From assembly GCA_005879585.1 (NCBI GenBank), contig VBKG01000327.1:11932-75931 (forward strand): a stretch of DNA of 64,000 bases, written 5' to 3'. This DNA is from Deltaproteobacteria bacterium (GTDB lineage Bacteria; Desulfobacterota; Binatia; DP-6). This document shows positions 51,017 to 59,478 of the stretch, piece after piece (position 1 is the first letter of the stretch; every line of letters starts with the position of its first letter). The notes under the pieces were generated by a model. The model searched no databases, was not told where the DNA came from, and saw only the letters and a program-made list of their open reading frames with translations. The position numbers and the translations under genes are program-made.

Positions 51017-51032
51017 CGCCGTTATAACGGCG
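51017..51032. promoter_or_regulatory. 16-bp perfect palindrome CGCCGTTATAACGGCG, putative TetR operator 15 nt upstream of tetR start, in divergent tetR/tamA spacer
   Basis: The sequence is exactly self-complementary, has an AT-rich centre, and lies between the tetR start (51002) and tamA (51099). Confidence 0.5.
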
Positions 51033-51098
51033 GCGTCAACGCCCCCCCATCCCGGCCACGATTGCACTTCCGATCCACCCTGTTACGTGTGGGGCGCC

Positions 51099-52970
51099 AT
51101 GCGCCGGTCGGCCGCGCTCGTCGCCCTGCTCGCGGCGCTCGCGCCGTTGTGCGCTTCGGCCGTGCAGCTCGAGGCACTCGACCTCGCCCGGACGTGGCGC
51201 CTGAGGGCGCTGCGCTTCCGCGGCGTGTCCGCGGTCCGACGCGGCGACCTCCGCCACGCGATGAGCACCAAGCCCCGGCCGTGGTTCGCGGTGTGGCGGG
51301 CCCGGCCCCTCTTCGACCCCGTCGTGTTCCGCACGGATCTCGATCGGCTGCGTCAGTTCTACCGGACGCGCGGGTACTACCATGCGCGCGTCACGTATGA
51401 CCTCGAGCTGCCGGAGAGCGGCGACGCGCTCGTGGCGGTCGTCTTCATCGAGGAAGGCCCACCGGTCAAGGTCGTCTCGGTCGACGTGACGCTCGGCGGC
51501 GCCGAGCCGTCGCTCGCCGAGCGGCGCCTCCTGCTGGATCACCTGCCCGTTGCTCCCGGCCGCGTGTTCACCGAGGAGGCGTACGGCCGGGCCGACACGT
51601 ATCTGCGCGCGTACTACCGCGAGCATGGATACGCGCGCGTCGACGTGGCGAAGGAAGCGAAGGTCGACGTCACGCACGACCAGGTGCGCGTCGCCTACCG
51701 GCTCGAGAGCGGCCCGCCGTGCGTGTTCGGCGAGACCGTGATTACGGGCACGAAGGACGTCGACCCCGCGGTGCCGCGCCGCGAGATCGCCTACGCGCCC
51801 GGGCAGCCGTTCAAGCAGAGTCTCCTCGACCGGACGCGGCGAGACCTCGTCGGCTTGAACCTCTTCCGCGCCGTGCGCATCGAGGAGGACAAGGGGAGTG
51901 ACCCCGAGGTGACGGTGTTCATCCACGTCACGGAAGCGCCGCCGCGCGAGGTGCGGCTCGGGGTCGGCTACGATACCGAGGAGCAGATCCGCGGACTCGC
52001 CAGCTGGCGCCACTACGACTTCCTCGGCGGGGCGCGTCAGCTCGGCTTCACGGGGCGAGCCTCCTTCATCCACCGGACGATCGCCGCGGACTTCCTGCAG
52101 CCCCACTTCCCCGGCCACGCGAACCGCACCCGCGTGCTGCTCGCGGAGCAGGAGGAGGACGAGGACACCTTCACGCTCGACCGCTCCCGGGTGTCGCCGC
52201 GTCTCGAGTGGCAGGCGACGGAGCGGATCAACGGCTACGCGTTCTACCGCATCGAGTACGACCTGCTCTCCGGCGTGGATGCGCCCGTTCGGCGTGCGGT
52301 CGAGCAGTGCACCGTGCGGCCAGGGAACGTCAACGTCGTCTGCGGCCGACCGGGTGCCGCCCGGGACACCGGTATTCTCTCGGGGCTCGGGTTCGGTGCG
52401 GACTGGAACGCCACCGACGACTTGGTCGACCCGAGCCGCGGCTGGGTGCTCGGCGCAACCGTCGAGCCGGTCGGCGGCTTTCTCGGCGGCGACTTCAACT
52501 TCGTGAAGCTTGTGGGCGACGGCCGATTCTACCAGCCGCTCGTCGCGGGGTTCGTGAGCGCCACTCGACTGCGCCTCGGCACGGCCGAACCGTTCGGCAA
52601 GCACGACGAGGTGCCGCTCTTCGAGCGCTTCTACGCCGGCGGCATCGACTCGGTGCGGGGCTACGGCCGGCGGCGGATCGGCCCGCTCGTCGACGACAAG
52701 CCCATCGGCGGCAGGACGGTCGTCGAGGGATCCGCCGAGCTCCGCCATCCCATCACGGAGAAGGTCGGCGCCGCCGTCTTCATCGACGGCGGCCAGCTGA
52801 GCGGCCGGAGCTTCGACTTCCCGTTCGGCCGCCTCCGTTACGGCGCCGGCCTCGGCCTGAGTTACCGATCGCCCGTCGGTCCGCTGCGCGTCGACCTCGG
52901 CATCCCCTTCCAGCCGCCGGACGGCGATCAGCACTGGCAGGTGCACGTGAGCCTCGGCTCGAAGTTCTGA
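51099..52970 (+). CDS. tamA: Omp85-family outer-membrane protein, TamA-like (POTRA domains + beta-barrel)
   Basis: It has a signal peptide MRRSAALVALLAALAPLCASA and a C-terminal barrel ending ...QVHVSLGSKF. It is followed directly by tamB. Confidence 0.8.
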   Translation: MRRSAALVALLAALAPLCASAVQLEALDLARTWRLRALRFRGVSAVRRGDLRHAMSTKPRPWFAVWRARPLFDPVVFRTDLDRLRQFYRTRGYYHARVTYDLELPESGDALVAVVFIEEGPPVKVVSVDVTLGGAEPSLAERRLLLDHLPVAPGRVFTEEAYGRADTYLRAYYREHGYARVDVAKEAKVDVTHDQVRVAYRLESGPPCVFGETVITGTKDVDPAVPRREIAYAPGQPFKQSLLDRTRRDLVGLNLFRAVRIEEDKGSDPEVTVFIHVTEAPPREVRLGVGYDTEEQIRGLASWRHYDFLGGARQLGFTGRASFIHRTIAADFLQPHFPGHANRTRVLLAEQEEDEDTFTLDRSRVSPRLEWQATERINGYAFYRIEYDLLSGVDAPVRRAVEQCTVRPGNVNVVCGRPGAARDTGILSGLGFGADWNATDDLVDPSRGWVLGATVEPVGGFLGGDFNFVKLVGDGRFYQPLVAGFVSATRLRLGTAEPFGKHDEVPLFERFYAGGIDSVRGYGRRRIGPLVDDKPIGGRTVVEGSAELRHPITEKVGAAVFIDGGQLSGRSFDFPFGRLRYGAGLGLSYRSPVGPLRVDLGIPFQPPDGDQHWQVHVSLGSKF

Positions 52971-52972
52971 TC

Positions 52973-55900
52973 ATGCGAATCGTGCGCCGCGTGCTCGCCG
53001 TCGTCGGCGCGCTGTTCGTCCTCCTGATCGTCACGCTCTGGACGGCGAGCCGTTTCGGCGTCGTGCAGGAGCTGGTGCGGACGCGGCTCCTCGACATCCT
53101 GCGCACGAGCCTCGACGCGCAGATCGACCTCGGCGGCGTCGGCGGCACCCTCGGCCGCTCGCTCGTGCTGCGCGACTTCCGGATCGCCGTGGCGGGCCAC
53201 AACGTCGTGCGGGCCCCGCGGGTGGAGGTCGTCTATGCGCTGCTGCCGCTCGTCCGCGGCCGTCTGGTCGTGCGCCGGTTCACCCTGGTGGCGCCGCGCG
53301 TGCGCCTCGTCAGTGAGCACGGCGCGTGGCGGCTGCCGCGTCCCGCCGAACGGCACAGCGGGTCGTCGCGGACGGCGCTCGACGTGCGGACCTTCGAGAT
53401 CCGCGACGGCCGCATCGCCGTCATGCAGCTCGACGCGTCCACCCCGCGACGCTTCGCCGCGACCGCGGTCGCGCTCACGGCGGGCGCGGCGATCGACGCG
53501 CGCCATTCCGAGGTCACGATCCGTGACTTGCGCTTCACCCCACGCGGCATCGCGGTCACGCCGGTCCGCGCCTCTGGCACCGTCGCGAGGGAGAGCGGTG
53601 GGGCGGTTCACGTCGTGGATCTTCGCCTGGCGACGGCGCGCACGCGGCTCGACGCGCGGGCAGACGTCGTCCCGGGCCGCCAGGTGCGCGGGCATGTCGG
53701 GCTCCTGCTCGACGCCGCGGAGCTGCGGGCCGTCGTGCCGGCAAGTCGCCTCACGACGAACGTCGACGTCAGGGCCGAGGCGTCGGGTCCGTGGCACGCC
53801 GCCGACTTCGGCGTGCGCGCCGACGGCGGCGCCGCGGGCCGCGTGCACGCGCGCGCGCTGGTCGACCTCGATCACCGGGCTTACGCTGCGCGCGCCGAGC
53901 TCGCGGCGGTCGACCCGGCCGCCGCGGTGCCGGGGCTCGTGCGCGGACCGATCAATGGACGCGTGCATGCACGCGGTCGCGGAGTCGGGCTCGGGGATCC
54001 GGTGAGCTATCGCGTCGGGCTCGCGCGCTCGGAGGTCGCGGGCCATGCCGTCGGCCGAGCCATCCTTGGCGGCCGCGGCGCGCACGGCGTCCACCGTGCC
54101 CGCGGCCGCGTCGTCGCCGCCGCCGGCGAGACCCGGCTCCGCGGGCGCCTCGTCACCGGCGCGACGCCGGCATACCGCCTCGCCGCGCGCCTGCGTCTCG
54201 ACCGCCTTGACGATCTCGCGCCGCGCCTGCCGGGCTGGATCGCGGCCGAGGCGCGCGTCGCCGGCCGCGGGTTCGACACGCCCCGCCGGCACGTCGACGC
54301 GGACGTGCGGCTCATCGGCGCCTCGCTCCACGGCGTCGAGGTGCACGACGGCGAGCTCCGTGCGCGGCTCGACGGCAACAACCTGCGCCTCGAGACTGCG
54401 GAGCTGACGGGCAACGGGACGACGGTGCGCGCGACCGGCACGGCCGACCTCGAGCGGCGAGCGATCGACGTCACGCTCGACGCCAGCGCGAACCTGCGAT
54501 CCGTGGGCGAGCGGCTGGGGATACCGCTCGGCGGTGCCGCGACGTTCGACGCGACCGCCCGCGGGCCTCTGACGGCGGTCGCCGTGGAGGCAAGCACCGA
54601 TGTCCAGGCGCCCGCCTACGGCGCCGTGAACGCCGGCCACGCGAGGGCCCGGGTCGAGGCGACCGGTCTCGGCGGGACGCGACCGAGCGGTACGGTCAGG
54701 ATCGCCGTGACCGAGGCGCAGGTCCGCGCGTACCGGCGGCACACGATCGACGCCAGCCTCGACTGGGAGCGCGCGGACGGCGCCGACCGCGCGCGCGTCG
54801 ACGCGACGGCAACGGGCGATGAGGGCCCGCCCGACCGGCTGGCGGCGACGCTGGCGCGCAGCGGCGAGACGACGACGGTCGCGCTCCGGGAGCTGCTCGC
54901 GACCCCGCCCGGCGGCGTGCCATGGCATCTCCTGCGTCCGGCCACCGTGACGGTCTCGCCCGAGGCGGTGACCACGGACAGCGTCGCGCTCGCGGCCGAT
55001 GCGCAGCGCATCACGCTCGGAGGTCGTATCGGGTTCAGGGGAGCGAGCGACGCGTCCCTGCAGATCGCCGGCCTGGACATCGCGCCGCTCTGCGCGGCCG
55101 CGAGTGACCATACCTGCGGCGGGACGGTGTCCGTCGCGGCGCGCATCGCAGGCAAGGCCGAGGCCCCTCGCCTGACAGCCGACGTCCGATCGGACGCGCT
55201 CCGCGCGGCCGACGTCGACCTCGGTACACTCGTCGTCGACGCCCGTTACGAGGAACGTCAGACGACCCTGCATGCGCGTCTCCAACACCCGGATACGGGC
55301 GAGGTCCGTGCCGACGGAACCGTGCCCTTCGATCTGGCGTGGGCGGGCCCTCGGCGTGACACCTCGGAAGAGCCCCTCGCACTCCGCGCGCGCGCGGACC
55401 GGTTGGATCTGCGCATCGCCCACGCGCTCGCACCGACGCAGGTACGCAACGCCGCCGGACGTCTGACGCTCGACGCACAGGTCACCGGCACGCGCACCGC
55501 GCCGCGCGCCGAAGGCCGGGGGACGGTGGCAGACGGACGCCTCGAGCTCGCCGCGACGGGCGCGGCCTACGACGACATCCGCGCCGAGCTGGCTGCTGCG
55601 GGAACCGTCCTCGAGATTCGGACACTGCACGCCCGAGGCGGCGACGGCACGCTCGACGCCTCCGGGCACATCGACCTCACCGCTGCCCGCACGGTCGACG
55701 TCCGCGCGGAGCTCGCGGACTTCTTCGCCGTCCGCCGCCCCGAGCTCGAAGCGGCACTCGGCGGTACGGTACGTGTGGGCGGCACCGCCGGCGCCCCCGA
55801 CGTGCGCGCGGATCTGGAGGTGGACCGTGCGATCGTCCGGCCGGCCGCGCTGCCGACGCAGGACGGCGCCGCGAAGCCCGACCCGTCGATCGTCGTCATA

Positions 55901-56671
55901 TCAGACGGCGAGCCGCGAGCGGCGTCGGCGGAGCTGCCGTCGGTGGCGCGCGCGGTCAAGCTCGGGGTCACCGTGCGCATCGAGCGCAATGCCTGGGTAC
56001 GGCGGACCGATGCGGACATCGAGCTCGGCGGCGATCTGAAGATCACCAAGGCGCCCGACGAGGGTGTCCAGATCGTCGGCACGATCCGTCTCCTGCGTGG
56101 CTGGTACGTTTTCCAGGGCCGCCGTTTCACCCTCGACGAGGGCACGATCACGTTCACCGGTGTCACGCCGGCGAACCCGAGCTTCGACATCACCGCGGTG
56201 TTCAAGAATCCCAACTACCGCGTCACGATCCACGTGGGCGGGACGAGTCAGAAACCGGAGCTCACGCTGTCCTCCGATCCGCCGCTCGAGCAGGCCGACA
56301 TCCTCTCGGTCATCATCTTCGGCAAGCCCGCGCGCGACCTCGGCAAGGGAGAGAGCATCGCCCTCCAGCAGCAGGCGCTGCAGCTGGCCTCGGGCTACGT
56401 CATGCCGGAGCTGCGAGCGTCCGTCATGGACGCGCTCGGCCTCGACACGCTCGACGTCGAGATGCCGCAAGGCACTGATCGCCGCGGCCGGGTGAGCGTC
56501 GGCCGGTACGTGGCCGGCGACGTGTTCGTCTCGCTCGCCCAGGAGTTTGGCGCGCGCGCAGGCGAAGCGGTGGGGGTCGAGTACGGCCTCACCCCGGAGA
56601 TCTCCATCAAGGGCTCGACGTCGACGCGTGGCGACAGCGCGATCGACGTGTTCTGGCACCGGCGCTACTGA
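52973..56671 (+). CDS. tamB: translocation and assembly module subunit TamB (AsmA-like, C-terminal DUF490)
   Basis: 1232 aa with an N-terminal anchor MRIVRRVLAVVGALFVLLIV, repetitive beta-rich ...RLDL.../...ADV... segments, and a C-terminus ...GLTPEISIKGSTSTRGDSAIDVFWHRRY. Confidence 0.8.
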   Translation: MRIVRRVLAVVGALFVLLIVTLWTASRFGVVQELVRTRLLDILRTSLDAQIDLGGVGGTLGRSLVLRDFRIAVAGHNVVRAPRVEVVYALLPLVRGRLVVRRFTLVAPRVRLVSEHGAWRLPRPAERHSGSSRTALDVRTFEIRDGRIAVMQLDASTPRRFAATAVALTAGAAIDARHSEVTIRDLRFTPRGIAVTPVRASGTVARESGGAVHVVDLRLATARTRLDARADVVPGRQVRGHVGLLLDAAELRAVVPASRLTTNVDVRAEASGPWHAADFGVRADGGAAGRVHARALVDLDHRAYAARAELAAVDPAAAVPGLVRGPINGRVHARGRGVGLGDPVSYRVGLARSEVAGHAVGRAILGGRGAHGVHRARGRVVAAAGETRLRGRLVTGATPAYRLAARLRLDRLDDLAPRLPGWIAAEARVAGRGFDTPRRHVDADVRLIGASLHGVEVHDGELRARLDGNNLRLETAELTGNGTTVRATGTADLERRAIDVTLDASANLRSVGERLGIPLGGAATFDATARGPLTAVAVEASTDVQAPAYGAVNAGHARARVEATGLGGTRPSGTVRIAVTEAQVRAYRRHTIDASLDWERADGADRARVDATATGDEGPPDRLAATLARSGETTTVALRELLATPPGGVPWHLLRPATVTVSPEAVTTDSVALAADAQRITLGGRIGFRGASDASLQIAGLDIAPLCAAASDHTCGGTVSVAARIAGKAEAPRLTADVRSDALRAADVDLGTLVVDARYEERQTTLHARLQHPDTGEVRADGTVPFDLAWAGPRRDTSEEPLALRARADRLDLRIAHALAPTQVRNAAGRLTLDAQVTGTRTAPRAEGRGTVADGRLELAATGAAYDDIRAELAAAGTVLEIRTLHARGGDGTLDASGHIDLTAARTVDVRAELADFFAVRRPELEAALGGTVRVGGTAGAPDVRADLEVDRAIVRPAALPTQDGAAKPDPSIVVISDGEPRAASAELPSVARAVKLGVTVRIERNAWVRRTDADIELGGDLKITKAPDEGVQIVGTIRLLRGWYVFQGRRFTLDEGTITFTGVTPANPSFDITAVFKNPNYRVTIHVGGTSQKPELTLSSDPPLEQADILSVIIFGKPARDLGKGESIALQQQALQLASGYVMPELRASVMDALGLDTLDVEMPQGTDRRGRVSVGRYVAGDVFVSLAQEFGARAGEAVGVEYGLTPEISIKGSTSTRGDSAIDVFWHRRY

Positions 56672-57390
56672 TCGACGGGGCGCGCGTCGCGCAGCAGCTC
56701 GGCGGCGGCGGCCCGGTCGATGATCCAGGACACGCGCGGCGACGGCCGGACGAGCTGTGCCGGCACGCGCTGCGCGTCCTCGGGCCCAAGAAGCGCCGCC
56801 GCGAGAGCACCCGCTTTCCGCGCGCCGGTCGCAACGACGACCACTCGATGCGCCGCCGCGAGCACCGGCGGCGTGATCGTCACCCGCGCGACGAGCGGCT
56901 CCTCCGTCACCTCGTTCACCGACACCGCCGCAACGGGCACCGTTGCCGCCAGGGCCCGGCAGCCGGGCATCAGTGACGCCACGTGCCCGTTGGTACCGAC
57001 GCCGAGCAGCACGGCATCGAAAACCGTGTCGTCGAGCGCCGTCGCGTATCGTGCGGCGATGGCCTCGGGGTCGACGAGCTCGACGGGCGGCGGATGGATC
57101 CGCGCCGCCGGGACGCCACGCGGCCCGAGCAGCGACTCGCGTGCGGAGCGCACGTTGCTGCGGGGATCGTCGGGCGGCACGCAGCGCTCGTCCCCCCAGT
57201 ACCATTCGATGCGGTCCCACGGCATGTCGGTGCGAGCCGCGAGTGCGACCGTCACGCCATGCCCGCCGCGGCCGCCGGAGAGCGCCACGGTGGCGCGGCC
57301 GCGGCTCGCCGCCGCGCGCAACGTTTCCGCGACGAGCTCGGCCGCGGCAGCGAACGCCGCGGCGTCGGTCTCATAGATGTCGACGTCCAC
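56665..57390 (-). CDS. pgl: 6-phosphogluconolactonase
   Basis: 241 aa with ...VALSGGRGG...WYWGDERCVP...LLGVGTNGHVASLMPG... Confidence 0.8.
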   Translation of the reverse strand: MDVDIYETDAAAFAAAAELVAETLRAAASRGRATVALSGGRGGHGVTVALAARTDMPWDRIEWYWGDERCVPPDDPRSNVRSARESLLGPRGVPAARIHPPPVELVDPEAIAARYATALDDTVFDAVLLGVGTNGHVASLMPGCRALAATVPVAAVSVNEVTEEPLVARVTITPPVLAAAHRVVVVATGARKAGALAAALLGPEDAQRVPAQLVRPSPRVSWIIDRAAAAELLRDARPVDQ

Positions 57391-57465
57391 CTCGCCGTCT
57401 TAGCGGATCGGCGTCGGGGCGGCGACCGCGTTGACGGCCGCCGAGGCCGGGTATAGCGCGGAGGC

Positions 57466-58305
57466 ATGCCGCCGGTGGCGCTTACCATCGCGGGCTCGGA
57501 TCCGGGAGGCGCCGCGGGTCTTCAGGCGGACCTGAAGACGTTCCACGCCTTCGGGGTCTACGGCGCGAGCGTCGTGACGGCGCTCACCGCGCAGGACACC
57601 ACGGCCGTGCACGCGATCCTGCACGTCGACCCGCGCTTCGTCGGCGCGCAGCTCGATGCGGTGCTCGCCGATCTGCCGGTCGCGGCGGCGAAGACCGGCA
57701 TGTTCGGTCGCGCCGCCACCGTCGAGGTCGTGAGCGCGCGCCTCGCGGCACACCCCGTCGCGCATCTCGTCGTCGACCCGGTCCTGTTCGCGACCGCCGG
57801 TCAGACGTTGACCGAACCGGCGGCGGTCGATGTGCTGCGGCGAACGCTCCTGCCGCTCGCGACGCTCGTCACACCGAACCTCGCCGAAGCCGCCGCCCTC
57901 ACCGGCCGGCCCGTCCACGACGTCGCCGGCATGCGCGATGCGGCACGTGCGCTCGTCGACCTGGGCGTCCGCGCGGCGCTCGTCACCGGCGGCCACCTGC
58001 CCGGAGCGCCGGTCGACGTTTTGTGCGCCGACGGCGCGCTGCATGAGCTCGGCGGTCCGCGCGTCGGCGAACGCCCGGCACACGGTGCGGGGTGCACGCT
58101 GTCCGCGGCGATCACGGCCGGCCTCGCGATGGGCTTCACGCTCGCCGACGCCGTCGCTCGCGCGCAGCGCTACGTGCATCGCGCGCTCGCGTCGGCGCCC
58201 CCGATCGGACGCGGGTCCGCGCCGCTGAACCATCTCGTCACGCCGGAGCGAGGTAACGACGAATGCACGCCGCACCGTATTGCACCGCCATCGGCGCGCT
58301 GCTAA
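57466..58305 (+). CDS. thiD: hydroxymethylpyrimidine/phosphomethylpyrimidine kinase
   Basis: 279 aa with ...LTIAGSDPGGAAGLQADLKTFHAFGVYG...VVDPVL... Confidence 0.85.
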   Translation: MPPVALTIAGSDPGGAAGLQADLKTFHAFGVYGASVVTALTAQDTTAVHAILHVDPRFVGAQLDAVLADLPVAAAKTGMFGRAATVEVVSARLAAHPVAHLVVDPVLFATAGQTLTEPAAVDVLRRTLLPLATLVTPNLAEAAALTGRPVHDVAGMRDAARALVDLGVRAALVTGGHLPGAPVDVLCADGALHELGGPRVGERPAHGAGCTLSAAITAGLAMGFTLADAVARAQRYVHRALASAPPIGRGSAPLNHLVTPERGNDECTPHRIAPPSARC

Positions 58306-58318
58306 GCACCGAGCGGGC

Positions 58319-58639
58319 ATGGGACGGAAACTGTTCGTCGGCAATCTCGCTTACGGAGTGACCGACGACGACCTGCAGCAGCTTTTCTCCCAGGCCGGCA
58401 CGTGCGAGTCGGCGTCCGTGGTGGCGGACCGTGAGACCGGGCAGTCGCGCGGCTTCGCGTTCGTGATGATGGCGAGCGCCGACGATGCGGAGCGCGCGCG
58501 CAAGCAGCTCGACGGGACGGATTTGAAGGGGCGTCGCCTGCGCGTAGACGAAGCGAACGACCAGTCGACGCCGGGCGCCCGCGCGCGACGTCCGGGCGGA
58601 AGAGGTCCGGGCGGCGCCTCCGAACGCCACCGGCCGTAG
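58319..58639 (+). CDS. RRM-domain RNA-binding protein (RNP-2 LFVGNL, RNP-1 RGFAFVMM) with Gly/Arg-rich tail
   Basis: MGRKLFVGNLAYGVTDDDLQQLFSQAGTCESASVVADRETGQSRGFAFVMMASADDAERARKQLDGTDLKGRRLRVDEA... The track ORF starts 13 codons upstream. Confidence 0.8.
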   Translation: MGRKLFVGNLAYGVTDDDLQQLFSQAGTCESASVVADRETGQSRGFAFVMMASADDAERARKQLDGTDLKGRRLRVDEANDQSTPGARARRPGGRGPGGASERHRP

Positions 58640-58698
58640 CGAAGGGCGCGCGCGCGCCGCGGCTTGACAAGATGCGCGACGGCGGTGACCATCCGCGC

Positions 58699-59265
58699 AT
58701 GCCCCAGGGCGACTCGTTCGCGCCGACCCTGTTGATCGCGATGCCGCAGCTGCAGGACAAGAACTTCACCCGCAGCGTGATTCTCCTCTGCGAGCACAGC
58801 GGCAACGGTGCGATCGGCTTCGTCGTCAACCGACCGACGGATCTCCGCGCCGCGCAGGCCGTCGCGCTCGATCCGCCGGTGCAAGGCGACAGCGGGCTCA
58901 TGCTGTGGAGCGGCGGGCCCGTCGAGCCGCAACGCGGATTTCTCCTGCTCGGCGACGACCCGGGCGTCGACAACTCGGAGCAGATCGCGGACGGGTTCCA
59001 TTTGACCGCCTCGGTCGACGTGCTGCGCCGCCTCCTGGAGGTCAGCCCCGACGAGCTCGCCCATCGGCGTTGCCGGCTGCTCCTCGGATACGCCGGATGG
59101 TCCGCCGGGCAGCTCGATCGCGAGCTCGCCGCCTCGGCGTGGCTGTCGGCGCCGCCGGATGCGGGTCTGGTCTTCGAGTCGGCGCCGGAAGACATGTGGG
59201 AGCGGGCGATACGGAGCCTCGGGGTGGATCCGATGGCGCTCACGCTTGGGCCCGGGGTGCAGTAG
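58699..59265 (+). CDS. yqgE: YqgE/AlgH-family protein (UPF0301)
   Basis: ...TLLIAMPQLQDKNFTRSVILLCEHSGNGAIGFVVNRP... matches the family N-terminus. The track start is at 58672. Confidence 0.8.
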   Translation: MPQGDSFAPTLLIAMPQLQDKNFTRSVILLCEHSGNGAIGFVVNRPTDLRAAQAVALDPPVQGDSGLMLWSGGPVEPQRGFLLLGDDPGVDNSEQIADGFHLTASVDVLRRLLEVSPDELAHRRCRLLLGYAGWSAGQLDRELAASAWLSAPPDAGLVFESAPEDMWERAIRSLGVDPMALTLGPGVQ

Positions 59266-59274
59266 GCGCGGGGT

Positions 59275-59402
59275 GGCGGGACGGGGCGCCGCCGCGGCTC
59301 GCGGTCCTCGCTCCACGCGCGACTCGTAGGCCGAAACGTCCCCCCGAAGCTGCAGGCGCGCGCGGGAGCTGCGGGCTCGCCTCGGCGGCGCCCCGTCCCG
59401 CC
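59275..59402. repeat. 20-bp perfect inverted repeat (GGCGGGACGGGGCGCCGCCG ... CGGCGGCGCCCCGTCCCGCC) flanking an 88-nt core, between convergent yqgE and RND genes
   Basis: The arms 59275-59294 and 59383-59402 are exact reverse complements. There are no flanking direct repeats. A T5 run lies at 59474-59478, next to the RND-gene stop. Confidence 0.6.
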
Positions 59403-59478
59403 TTACACGCGCGTCTGCATCGCGTGCGCTGCGTGCCGTCCGGGGCGCGCGAGGCTGCGGACCGCCGAAGGTGCGTTT

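Noticed and set aside
57391-57465. Possible TPP riboswitch upstream of thiD.
   Set aside because: The spacer is only 75 nt and lacks the conserved CUGAGA/ACCUGAUC-type elements of the THI box. It is more likely a plain divergent promoter region shared with pgl.
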